From contig DCUH01000073.1 in the NCBI GenBank assembly GCA_002327765.1, forward strand, positions 31,379 to 90,587: a DNA stretch of 59,209 bases, given 5' to 3'. This DNA comes from a bacterium UBA2219. Its GTDB lineage: Bacteria > Desulfobacterota > Deferrimicrobia > Deferrimicrobiales > Deferrimicrobiaceae. The notes below the pieces were generated by a model. The model was not told the DNA's origin. It saw nothing but the letters and a program-made list of their open reading frames with translations, and searched no databases. Made by a program: the position numbers and the translations under genes. Position 1 is the first letter of the stretch; each line of letters begins with the position of its first letter. This document shows, one piece after another, positions 48,275 to 56,619 of this stretch.

Positions 48275-49016
48275 TTCCGCCGGCCCAATCGATCCGGATA
48301 TCGCAGATCTCCCTGCCCCCGCTGCGGATCGAGTGATCGGAGGCGAGGGTCCCGCCCCCCTCGGAGATCTCCGAAAACATCACGGCCTCCTCGCCGGCCT
48401 TGAGCTCCTTCTTGTAGTGGACCCGGACCCTCACCGCCTCATGCCCGTGGACGAAGTCGGCCGGGAGCGACCAGAGCGCCCATTCGACGTACCGGACGTT
48501 GTTGACGTGCCCGTTGTTGTCCAGGTCGGCCGTCCCGACCCGGATCGGGAGCGGCTTCCCGGCGATTCCGGGGAGGTCTTCCAGCGGGTCGAAGGACGCC
48601 GCGGATTCCGCGGGCACCCCGAAGCCCGCGCAGATCTCTTCCGGCACCCGGACCGGCCTCTTCAGGTTCATGTCCGTGAAGGCCCAGACGGAGCGGGCCT
48701 CGGCCAGCGGAGTTCCTCCCTCCGAGTAAACGCGGTATTCCCGGTTCGCCAGGAACCGCTTGAAGGTCGTCGGGCGGGTCACGATCCGGACGGTCTCGTT
48801 GAATCCGGGCCGGGCGTGCAGGGAGATGTCCCATTTGAGGAGGAGAAAGAGCTGCCCGGTCCGGAAGTACCGGTCGAGCGTGATCCCCATCGCCTCGCTG
48901 TGGAGGGTCGCGATGTCCTCGAAGTAATGCATCAGCGCCGGCAGCGTCAGCCGCCGCTTCCGATCGATCTCGTAATAGTGCACCAGGTAGTCCCTGGAGA
49001 ATTCCGAAGGGGGCAC
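48255..49016 (-). CDS. acyl-ACP thioesterase
   Basis: 253 aa, double hot-dog pattern: YLVHYYEIDRKRRLTLPALMHYFEDIA... and ...DLDNNGHVNNVRYVEWAL... Confidence 0.8.
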   Translation of the reverse strand: MPPSEFSRDYLVHYYEIDRKRRLTLPALMHYFEDIATLHSEAMGITLDRYFRTGQLFLLLKWDISLHARPGFNETVRIVTRPTTFKRFLANREYRVYSEGGTPLAEARSVWAFTDMNLKRPVRVPEEICAGFGVPAESAASFDPLEDLPGIAGKPLPIRVGTADLDNNGHVNNVRYVEWALWSLPADFVHGHEAVRVRVHYKKELKAGEEAVMFSEISEGGGTLASDHSIRSGGREICDIRIDWAGGISGRTE

Positions 49017-49020
49017 CGGT

Positions 49021-49248
49021 TCAGAACTTTTGCTTGATCAGCCGCAGGATCACCGCGGACAGGACGATGAACGCTGCGCCGATCCACAGGTGGAAGCGGC
49101 CGAAGTCGATGTGGCCGTACAAGGGGTGCTCGAAGGTCCGGAACAGCATCGCGAAGACGCCGAACAGCATGACGCCGAACCCGAGCAGGTACAGATAGAA
49201 CCTCTTGAACTTGTAGTGGGGATCCCTCCTGCGGTACATCCGGTCCAT
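49021..49248 (-). CDS. small 2-TM membrane protein
   Basis: 75 aa, two hydrophobic helices. Stop lies 4 nt before the thioesterase ATG. TATAAT (minus strand, 49310-49305) about 57 nt upstream. Confidence 0.5.
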   Translation of the reverse strand: MDRMYRRRDPHYKFKRFYLYLLGFGVMLFGVFAMLFRTFEHPLYGHIDFGRFHLWIGAAFIVLSAVILRLIKQKF

Positions 49249-49357
49249 CCCTGCAAGCCCTCCCGAACGCTTTTTCGGCGCCGAGGCGTCGCTGTCGAAT
49301 TATCATTATACTTTACCCGTTCGGTTTGCGGCCGGGAGTTGCCGGGGGGATTGCGGA

Positions 49358-50245
49358 GTGGACGCGAACGTGCTCGAGCGGAAGGCGCGCAGGCTGAAGG
49401 AAAGGCTGCGGGCGTGCGATATCTGCCCCAGGAGGTGCGGCGTCGACCGCTCTTCGGGCGAGCGGGGGACCTGCGGGATCGGGGCGCGCGCCGTCGTCGC
49501 GTCGTGGGGGCCGCATTTCGGCGAGGAAGCCCCCCTGGTGGGACGCAACGGGTCGGGGACCGTCTTCTTCTCCGGCTGCTCCCTGTGCTGCGTCTTCTGC
49601 CAGAACTACGGGATCAGCCGTCTCGCGGAAGGGGAGGAGGTCTCCGCGGAGGAACTGGCGGGCATCTTCCTCGATGTCGAGCGCGCCGGCTGCCACAACC
49701 TGAACCTGGTGACCCCCACCCACGCGACCCCGCAGATCGCGGAGGGGCTCGGGCTGGCCGCCGCGCGGGGCTTCTCCCTCCCGGTCGTCTACAACTGCGG
49801 GGGATACGAGCGCGTCGAGACGCTGCGGGAGCTCGAGGGCGCCGTCGACATCTATATGCCCGACCTCAAATTCCTCGATCCCGCGTTCTCGGCCCGGTAC
49901 TGCGACGCGCCGGACTACCCCGACATCGCCCGGGCGGCGATCCGGGAGATGGCGCGCCAGGTGGGGCCGCTGGCGGTCGACGGGAAGGGGATCGCCGTGC
50001 GCGGCCTTCTCGTCCGGCACCTCGTGATGCCGGGGGGCGCCTCCTCCACGAAGGAGGTGATCGACTTCCTGGCGGACGGGATCGGGCGGGACACGTACCT
50101 GAACCTGATGGACCAGTACCGCCCGTGCGGCGAGGCGGACCGGTTCCCGGAGATCTCCCGCCCCATCTCCCGGAAGGAGTGGGAGGAGGCCAGGGATTAC
50201 GCTCTCGCCCGGGGGATGACCCGCCTCGACCGCCGCGGAGGGTAG
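49358..50245 (+). CDS. radical SAM protein, PflX-like (PFL-activase homologue)
   Basis: GTG start. CDICPRRCGVDRSSGERGTCG N-terminal motif, then CSLCCVFC (CX3CX2C). Confidence 0.8.
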   Translation: MDANVLERKARRLKERLRACDICPRRCGVDRSSGERGTCGIGARAVVASWGPHFGEEAPLVGRNGSGTVFFSGCSLCCVFCQNYGISRLAEGEEVSAEELAGIFLDVERAGCHNLNLVTPTHATPQIAEGLGLAAARGFSLPVVYNCGGYERVETLRELEGAVDIYMPDLKFLDPAFSARYCDAPDYPDIARAAIREMARQVGPLAVDGKGIAVRGLLVRHLVMPGGASSTKEVIDFLADGIGRDTYLNLMDQYRPCGEADRFPEISRPISRKEWEEARDYALARGMTRLDRRGG

Positions 50246-50250
50246 GCCGC

Positions 50251-51213
50251 CTACGGCACCAGGACGATCTTTCCCCCGGCGCCCGGCGCCATAACGGCGG
50301 CGTGGCTTTCCGCGGCGGAAGCAAGCGGCAGCTCCCTGGAGACGACGGGGCGCAGGGAACCGTTCTCGAGCCCCGCCCGAAGGCCGGCGTGGATGGCCGC
50401 CCGGTCGGCTTCCGTCATGTTGCCCTGCAGCATCCCGAGGATAGAGCCGTCCCGGGCCATGGCGTCGCGGGGATCGATCTCCACGCGGCCGCGGCTCCCG
50501 ATCACGACGACCCGCCCGCCCGTCGCGAGGACCTTGAGGTCCCCGGCGAGGTTCACGTTGGCGAGCATCTCCAGGACGACGTCGAAGCCGCGTCCCCCGG
50601 TGACCGCCATGGCCCGCTCGAGGTGCGACGGGTCCCGGTGGTCGAGAGCGTGGTGCGCCCCTTCCCGCAGCGCCAGCGCGATCCCTTCCGGCGTCCCGGC
50701 CGTCCCCGTGACGCGCAGCCCCGCGGCGCGCGCGATCTGCACCGCGGCGACCCCGACTCCCCCGCTGGCCCCGTGGACCAGGACCGTTTCCCCGGGCACC
50801 GCGCGGGCCTTCTGGTGGAGCGCGCGCCAGGCGGTGACGTACGGCACGCCGAGCGCGGCGCCCTGCGCGAACGAGACCGCGCCGGGCAGCGGGTGCACCC
50901 GGGACGGCTCGCACAGGGTGAATTCCGCGTACGATCCCGAAAGCGTCGCGCTGGCGTACACCCGGTCGCCCGGCGAGAAGCCGCCCGCCTCGCCGCCCAC
51001 CGACTCCACGATCCCCGCGGCGTCGCTGCCGGGGGTGTAGGGCAGGGCCGGCTTCCGTGCATAGGTCCCGGAACGGATGTACGTGTCGACGGGGTTCACC
51101 CCCGCCGCCCGGACCCGGACCAGAAGCTGGCCGGGGCCCGGCAGGGGCGTGGGGACCTCCTCGAGCCGCATCACTTCCGGCGGGCCGAACTCTCGCACCC
51201 GGATCGCTCTCAT
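50251..51213 (-). CDS. NADPH:quinone oxidoreductase (zeta-crystallin-like MDR)
   Basis: Start MRAIRVREFGPPEVMRLEEV (ATG 51213). ...VLVHGASGGVGVAAVQIA... Confidence 0.85.
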   Translation of the reverse strand: MRAIRVREFGPPEVMRLEEVPTPLPGPGQLLVRVRAAGVNPVDTYIRSGTYARKPALPYTPGSDAAGIVESVGGEAGGFSPGDRVYASATLSGSYAEFTLCEPSRVHPLPGAVSFAQGAALGVPYVTAWRALHQKARAVPGETVLVHGASGGVGVAAVQIARAAGLRVTGTAGTPEGIALALREGAHHALDHRDPSHLERAMAVTGGRGFDVVLEMLANVNLAGDLKVLATGGRVVVIGSRGRVEIDPRDAMARDGSILGMLQGNMTEADRAAIHAGLRAGLENGSLRPVVSRELPLASAAESHAAVMAPGAGGKIVLVP

Positions 51214-51338
51214 CGTTGCCACCCTTCCCCCGGCGGTTTTTTTTCGGCGGACGGCCGGATGTCCGGCGGAAGCCCCGTTGTTTCCCCCGGCGCCGAAGCG
51301 GTACACTGAGAGCATACGAAATCGGCGGGAGGTGCGCC

Positions 51339-51686
51339 ATGAGCGATAGCGACGGCAGGGTGATGACGGGAGCGTTGCTGGTGCTTACGGGGATGATGCT
51401 GGGCGCGGGGGTCGCCCTCCTGCTGGCGCCCCAGTCCGGGGAGAGGACGCGGGAGGACGTCGCCCGCTTCGCGAAAAAGGCGCGGCGCCGCGTGAAGGGG
51501 GCCGCGGGGGAATTCGCGGAGAGCGTTTCCGACATGGTCGACGAGATCGAGCACCGCTCCGAAGAGCTCCTCGGGCAGGGGAAGGAACTGGCGAAGGAAT
51601 CGAAGGGGGCCATCCTGGAAGCGATCGACGAGAGTCAGAAGCGGCTGGCGCGCCAGCGCGAGCGGCTGGCGGGCCTTTTGGGATAA
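51339..51686 (+). CDS. YtxH domain-containing protein
   Basis: ATG 51339 with SD GGGAGG. N-terminal TM, then LLAPQSGERTREDV and a coiled, charged tail. Confidence 0.7.
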   Translation: MSDSDGRVMTGALLVLTGMMLGAGVALLLAPQSGERTREDVARFAKKARRRVKGAAGEFAESVSDMVDEIEHRSEELLGQGKELAKESKGAILEAIDESQKRLARQRERLAGLLG

Positions 51687-51710
51687 TACGGGTGAAAGGG
51701 CGGTAGGCGC

Positions 51711-52946
51711 ATGGGATCGGACGAGGAACGGCCGGGCGCACCGGCGGAGCCGGGCGCGGCGGAAGCCGAAGAAGAGGATTTCGGAAAGCTCCTGGAGCAG
51801 ACCTTCGTGGCGCCGGCGCGCTACGAGCCGGGGCAGAAGGTGCTCGCGCGGGTCATCAAGGTGACGCCCGAGTGGATCTTCCTCGACCTGGGGCGAAAGG
51901 GCGAGGGGGTCCTCGCGACGAAGGAGCTCGCGGACGAATCGGGAAGCGTCTCCGTGAAGGAGGGAGACTCCCTGACGTCGTACTTCGTCTCATCCGACGG
52001 CAGCGAGATGCGCTTCACGACGCGGGTGGCGGGCGGGGCGGCCGGAAGCGCGCAGCTCGAGGACGCGTTCCGGACGGGCATCCCGGTCGACGGCCTGGTG
52101 GTGAAGGAGGTCAAGGGGGGGTTCGAGGTCCGGCTCCCCGGCAACGCCCGGGCGTTCTGCCCCTATTCGCAGATGGGGACGCCGCGGGCCCGCGAGGGCC
52201 CGGAGACCGTCGGCAAGCGCATCCCGTTCCGGATCTCGCAGTACGGCGAGAAGGGGCGCAACATCGTCGTCTCCCACCGCGTGCTGGTCGAGGAGGAGGA
52301 GGAGAGGAAGCGGGAGGAGTCGAAGGCGGTCCTGTCCGAGGGGATGGTGGTCCGGGGGAAGGTCACCTCCCTGCGGGACTTCGGGGCGTTCGTCGACATC
52401 GGCCCGATCGAGGGGCTGCTGCCCGTCTCGGAGATCGGCTGGGAGCGGGTGGAGGACATCCGGGAGGTCCTTTCCGTCGGGCAGGAGGTCGAGGTGGCGA
52501 TCACCCGTCTCGACTGGGCGAACAAGCGGTTCACGTTCAGCCTGAAGAGGACGCTGGCGGATCCCTGGGAGGCCGCGGCGCAGCGGTTCCCCGCGGGCTC
52601 GACGCACGTCGGGAAGGTCGTGCGCCTCGCGGCGTTCGGGGCGTTCGTTTCCCTGGGGGGCGGGATCGACGGCCTGCTGCACATCTCCCGGATGGGAGGC
52701 GGCAGGAAGGTCAAGTCCGCCGGGGACGCGGTTTCGCTGGGGCAGGAGCTTTTGGTCAAGGTGGAATCGGCGGACCCGGCGAAGCGCCGGATCGCCCTGT
52801 CCCTCGTCGGCGCGGAGGAGCAGGAAACCCCCGGCGGAGAAGAGGAGGATTACAGGAAATACCTGGACAAGCCGTCCGCCGGACCGGGCGTCGGTGCGTT
52901 CGGCGAGGCGCTCCGGGCGAAGATCGAGCAGAAGAAAGGGAAGTGA
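51711..52946 (+). CDS. S1 RNA-binding domain protein (four S1 repeats)
   Basis: 411 aa. The repeats begin GQKVLARVIKV, VDGLVVKEVKGGFEV, GMVVRGKVTSLRDFGAFVDI and GSTHVGKVVRLAAFGAFVSL. Confidence 0.8.
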   Translation: MGSDEERPGAPAEPGAAEAEEEDFGKLLEQTFVAPARYEPGQKVLARVIKVTPEWIFLDLGRKGEGVLATKELADESGSVSVKEGDSLTSYFVSSDGSEMRFTTRVAGGAAGSAQLEDAFRTGIPVDGLVVKEVKGGFEVRLPGNARAFCPYSQMGTPRAREGPETVGKRIPFRISQYGEKGRNIVVSHRVLVEEEEERKREESKAVLSEGMVVRGKVTSLRDFGAFVDIGPIEGLLPVSEIGWERVEDIREVLSVGQEVEVAITRLDWANKRFTFSLKRTLADPWEAAAQRFPAGSTHVGKVVRLAAFGAFVSLGGGIDGLLHISRMGGGRKVKSAGDAVSLGQELLVKVESADPAKRRIALSLVGAEEQETPGGEEEDYRKYLDKPSAGPGVGAFGEALRAKIEQKKGK

Positions 52947-52973
52947 CCGTTCCGGGGGCGGCGTCCGGCGGGT

Positions 52974-53711
52974 CTAAAGTTCCATCTTCCCCAGGAAATA
53001 CGGCATCTGGAGGCGCCACCACTGCCAGTCGTGGTTGACGTCGCGACCCCAGTAGTCGAACCACGCGGGGACCTCCAGGGCGGCCAGGACTTCCTGGAGT
53101 GCGCGGGTTTCCGAGAGCGTTTCCTCTTCCCACGCCCCCTGCCCCGAGCAGACCGTGATCCGTGCCCGGCGGAACCGGTCGAGGTACCAGGGGTCCGTGA
53201 GGTTCGGCAGGTAGGCAAGCGGCGAGTTGAAATAGACGCAGTCGTCCATGTAATCGCCGAGCAGCGATTTCAGGGAATACCGGCCGGACAGGGCGATCAG
53301 GGAATCGAAGAGGTCGGGATGCCGGAACAGGAAGTTCGCGGCGTGGTACGCGCCCATACCGCACCCGGTGGCGAGGAGCCCTTCCGGCCGGGGAAGAAGG
53401 CCGCGGATGAACGGCGCCGCCTCCTCCACGACGTACCGGTCGTACTGGTTGTGCCGGAGGCCCCGCTGCGCGGGGGGGACGTACTCGTTGGCCCAGGACT
53501 GGTGGTCGACGCCGTCCAGGGTGAACAGCGTCACCGCGCCCGACTCGACGAAGGGGCGGCACGCCTCGACCATGCCGGCGTCCTCGTACTCCTGGAACCG
53601 CCCCCCCCGGGTCGGGAACACGATCACCGGCTTCCCGGCGTTCCCGTACACCTTCATCTCCATGTCCTGCCCGAGGTTCCGGCTGTACGCGCGATGGTAT
53701 TCGGTGTTCAT
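52974..53711 (-). CDS. esterase-family (alpha/beta hydrolase) protein with atypical nucleophile elbow
   Basis: 245 aa. ...KPVIVFPTRGGRFQEYE...ATGCGMGAYHAANFLFRHPDLFD... resembles putative-esterase family proteins. Confidence 0.7.
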   Translation of the reverse strand: MNTEYHRAYSRNLGQDMEMKVYGNAGKPVIVFPTRGGRFQEYEDAGMVEACRPFVESGAVTLFTLDGVDHQSWANEYVPPAQRGLRHNQYDRYVVEEAAPFIRGLLPRPEGLLATGCGMGAYHAANFLFRHPDLFDSLIALSGRYSLKSLLGDYMDDCVYFNSPLAYLPNLTDPWYLDRFRRARITVCSGQGAWEEETLSETRALQEVLAALEVPAWFDYWGRDVNHDWQWWRLQMPYFLGKMEL

Positions 53712-53757
53712 GGGGGAATCGTCGCAGGCGGGGGGCCCGGCGTCAAGCCGCCTTCCC

Positions 53758-53787
53758 TTGACACCGGCGGGCGGCGGCTGGTAGATT
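53758..53787 (+). promoter_or_regulatory. sigma-70-type promoter of the hrcA operon: TTGACA-N18-TAGATT with TGn extension
   Basis: TTGACA 53758-53763. TGG-TAGATT at 53779-53787. CIRCE starts 6 nt downstream. Confidence 0.55.
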
Positions 53788-53792
53788 ACGAT

Positions 53793-53819
53793 TTAGCACT
53801 CTTCCTCCGGGAGTGCTAA
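53793..53819 (+). promoter_or_regulatory. CIRCE operator (HrcA binding site)
   Basis: TTAGCACTC-ttcctccgg-GAGTGCTAA is a perfect match to the consensus TTAGCACTC-N9-GAGTGCTAA, 22 nt upstream of the hrcA ATG. Confidence 0.9.
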
Positions 53820-53840
53820 ATTGCGGCAGGAGAAGATGAA

Positions 53841-54884
53841 ATGGCTTTCGGAGTCGATGAACGCGCGGCCCAGGTCCTGCGCCATATCGTCGAGGATTAC
53901 GTCGCCACGGCGGAACCCGTCGGATCCCGGACCGTCTCCAAGAAGATGGGGCAGGCGCTTTCCCCCGCGACGATCCGCAACATCATGGCGGACCTCGAGG
54001 AGATGGGGTTCCTGGCCCAGCCGCACACCTCCGCGGGGCGCATCCCCACGGGCGCGGGGTTCCGTTTCTACATCGACCACCTTCTCCTTCGTCGCAGTCT
54101 CGTGCAGGGGGAGGTGGACCGGCTGAACCAGGCCGCCCAGGAAGGCGTCGGGAACGCTTCCGCGGACGAGCTGGTCCGCCAGGTGAGCCGCCTGCTGGCG
54201 AACCTGGCGTGCCAGGCGAGCGTGGTGATCGTCTCCCGCCCCGACGAGCAGCGGCTGCGCTCCGTGAGCCTCATGCGCGCGTCGGCGGACAAGATCCTCC
54301 TGGTGGCCGTAATGCAGAGCGGATACGTGCAGCATCGCCTGATCGAAGGGGAGCCCGACGTCACCGCGGACGAGCTCGAGAAGATCAACGCCTACCTGAA
54401 CGGCCTGGCGGAGGGGCTCACACTGGCGGCGCTGCGCGTGCGGGTCCGCGCCGAGCTCCGGAGGGAGAAGGCGCGGTACGACCGGGTGATGCACCGCGCC
54501 CTGGCCATGGGCGCCCGGGCGCTCGCCGACAGCGGCCCGGGCGAGGTGTTCGTCGAGGGGCGCGCCAATATCCTCGACCAGCCGGAGTTCGCCGAGGACG
54601 TCCAGCGGCTGAAGCGCGTCCTGCGCGCCTTCGAGGAGAAGTCCGTGATCTTCCGGCTGCTCGACCGCGCGATGGCCAGCCAGGCGATCCAGGTGTCCAT
54701 CGGCCCGGAGAACCCGGTCGAGGAGCTGGGCGACGTGTCGGTGGTCGCGTCCGGGTACCGCCAGGGGCCCTCCGCGATGGGAAGCATCGGCCTGATCGGC
54801 CCCGTGCGGATGGATTACTCCCGGGTGATCCCGCTGGTGGAGTACACGGCGAACCTGCTCACGACGATGTTCGGGCAAAGGTGA
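53841..54884 (+). CDS. hrcA: heat-inducible transcription repressor HrcA
   Basis: 347 aa. ...RAAQVLRHIVEDYVATAEPVGSRTVSKKMGQALSPATIRNIMADLEEMGFLAQPHTSAGRIPT... Confidence 0.92.
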   Translation: MAFGVDERAAQVLRHIVEDYVATAEPVGSRTVSKKMGQALSPATIRNIMADLEEMGFLAQPHTSAGRIPTGAGFRFYIDHLLLRRSLVQGEVDRLNQAAQEGVGNASADELVRQVSRLLANLACQASVVIVSRPDEQRLRSVSLMRASADKILLVAVMQSGYVQHRLIEGEPDVTADELEKINAYLNGLAEGLTLAALRVRVRAELRREKARYDRVMHRALAMGARALADSGPGEVFVEGRANILDQPEFAEDVQRLKRVLRAFEEKSVIFRLLDRAMASQAIQVSIGPENPVEELGDVSVVASGYRQGPSAMGSIGLIGPVRMDYSRVIPLVEYTANLLTTMFGQR

Positions 54885-54929
54885 TCCGCCCGGCTCGTTC
54901 CCTTACGCCGAATACAGGAGAGGAACCGG

Positions 54930-55502
54930 ATGGAAGATAAGGACAAGGAAGCGTTGTACGGTGAGGCCGTTCCCGGGATGGAAGACGGGGAGCCGCAGGC
55001 CGGCCCCGGGGAGCTCCCGGAGTCCGCGGCGGCGCCCGGGGCGCCCGACGAGGCGGAGGAGCTCCGCAGGCGCCTCGCGTACCTGATGGCGGAGTTCGAC
55101 AATTTCCGGAAGCGGGCCGCCCGCGAGCGGGATGCGCAGGAGGCGTACGGCAACGAGAAGCTGCTCAAGGCCGTCCTCCCGTTCCTCGACAACCTGGAGC
55201 GCGCGTTGGGGCAGGAGGGGGCGCCCGCGGAGGCGATCCTTTCGGGGGTCCGGATGACGTACGACGGCATCCTCGCGGAACTGCGCAAGTTCGGCCTGGA
55301 GCAGCTGTCCCCCCTGGGGGCCATGTTCGATCCCGCCTTCCACGAGGCGGTCGGCGTCGTGCCCTGGGCCGGAAAGACCGAGGGGACGGTGGTTTCCGAA
55401 TCGCGCAAGGGGTACGTGCTGAACGGGCGGCTGCTGCGTCCCGCCGAGGTGCTGGTGGCCGCGGCCCATCCCGCGGACGATCCCCGCAGGCGGGAGGAGT
55501 AA
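54930..55502 (+). CDS. grpE: nucleotide exchange factor GrpE
   Basis: 190 aa. ...[15 protein letters not shown]...[11 protein letters not shown]...FDPAFHEAV... Confidence 0.92.
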   Translation: MEDKDKEALYGEAVPGMEDGEPQAGPGELPESAAAPGAPDEAEELRRRLAYLMAEFDNFRKRAARERDAQEAYGNEKLLKAVLPFLDNLERALGQEGAPAEAILSGVRMTYDGILAELRKFGLEQLSPLGAMFDPAFHEAVGVVPWAGKTEGTVVSESRKGYVLNGRLLRPAEVLVAAAHPADDPRRREE

Positions 55503-55509
55503 GGCGGCC

Positions 55510-56619
55510 GTGGCGACGAAGCGCGACTACTACGAGGTCCTGGGCGTTTCCCGCGACGCCTCCCAGGACGACATCAAGAAGGCGTTCCGGAAGCTCGCCC
55601 TCGAGCATCACCCCGACCGGAACAAGTCCGACGCCTCCGCGGAAGAGCGGTTCAAGGAACTGAACGAGGCGTACTCGATCCTGTCCGACCCCGAAAAGCG
55701 CGCGCAGTACGACCGGTTCGGTCACGCCGGCCCCGCGGGCCGCGGCTTCGGCGGGTTCGAGGACTTCCAGGGGATGGGGGTCGAGGACATCATCAACGAC
55801 TTCTTCGGAGGGATCTTCGGCGGGGGCGGGGGCGGCTCGCGTCCGCGGCGGGGCGCCGACCTCCGGTACGACCTCACGATCACGTTCGACGAGGCGGTCT
55901 TCGGCACGGAGAAGGAGATCGTCGTCCCCCGGACCGCCGGGTGCGGCGAATGCGGCGGGACGGGGGCGAGGAAGGGGAGCCGCCCCGAGAAGTGCGGCGC
56001 CTGCAACGGCCGCGGGCAGGTCACGATGCAGCAGGGGTTCTTCTCCATACGCCGCACGTGCAGCCGCTGCGGCGGCACCGGCCAGGTGATCAAGGACCCG
56101 TGCGGGAAATGCTCGGGAACGGGGTTCGTGCGGGAGAGCCGCACGCTCAAGGTCAAGGTCCCGCCGGGGGTCGAGACCGGCACCCGCCTCAAGCTCCGGG
56201 GGGAAGGGGAAGCGGGCCCCGCGGGCGGGCCGGCCGGGGACCTGTACGTCGCGATCGAAGTGCAGGAGCATCCCTTCTTCGTCCGGGAGGGGCCGGACCT
56301 CTACTGCGAGGTGCCGATCACGTTCCCCCAGGCGGCGATGGGCGCGAAGATCTTCGTGCCCACCCTCTCCGGAAAGAAGGAGCTGTCCATCCCGGCGGGC
56401 ACGGCGTCGGGGCACGAATTCACCCTGCGCGGGGAGGGGGTCGCCTCGCTTTCCTCCGGGCGGCGCGGGAACCTCGTCATCCGGGTGCTGATCGAGGTGC
56501 CGAAGAAACTCACGAAGCGGCAAAAGGAGCTGCTCGAGGAGCTCCAGAAGCTGTCCGAGGCGTCTCCCGGCCCCATCTCCTCCGGCTTCTTCGAGAAGGT
56601 CAAGGAGATCTTCGGTTGA
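55510..56619 (+). CDS. dnaJ: molecular chaperone DnaJ
   Basis: 369 aa. GTG start, J-domain with HPD ([10 protein letters not shown]...HHPDRN), G/F region, four CxxCxGxG zinc-finger repeats. Confidence 0.95.
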   Translation: MATKRDYYEVLGVSRDASQDDIKKAFRKLALEHHPDRNKSDASAEERFKELNEAYSILSDPEKRAQYDRFGHAGPAGRGFGGFEDFQGMGVEDIINDFFGGIFGGGGGGSRPRRGADLRYDLTITFDEAVFGTEKEIVVPRTAGCGECGGTGARKGSRPEKCGACNGRGQVTMQQGFFSIRRTCSRCGGTGQVIKDPCGKCSGTGFVRESRTLKVKVPPGVETGTRLKLRGEGEAGPAGGPAGDLYVAIEVQEHPFFVREGPDLYCEVPITFPQAAMGAKIFVPTLSGKKELSIPAGTASGHEFTLRGEGVASLSSGRRGNLVIRVLIEVPKKLTKRQKELLEELQKLSEASPGPISSGFFEKVKEIFG

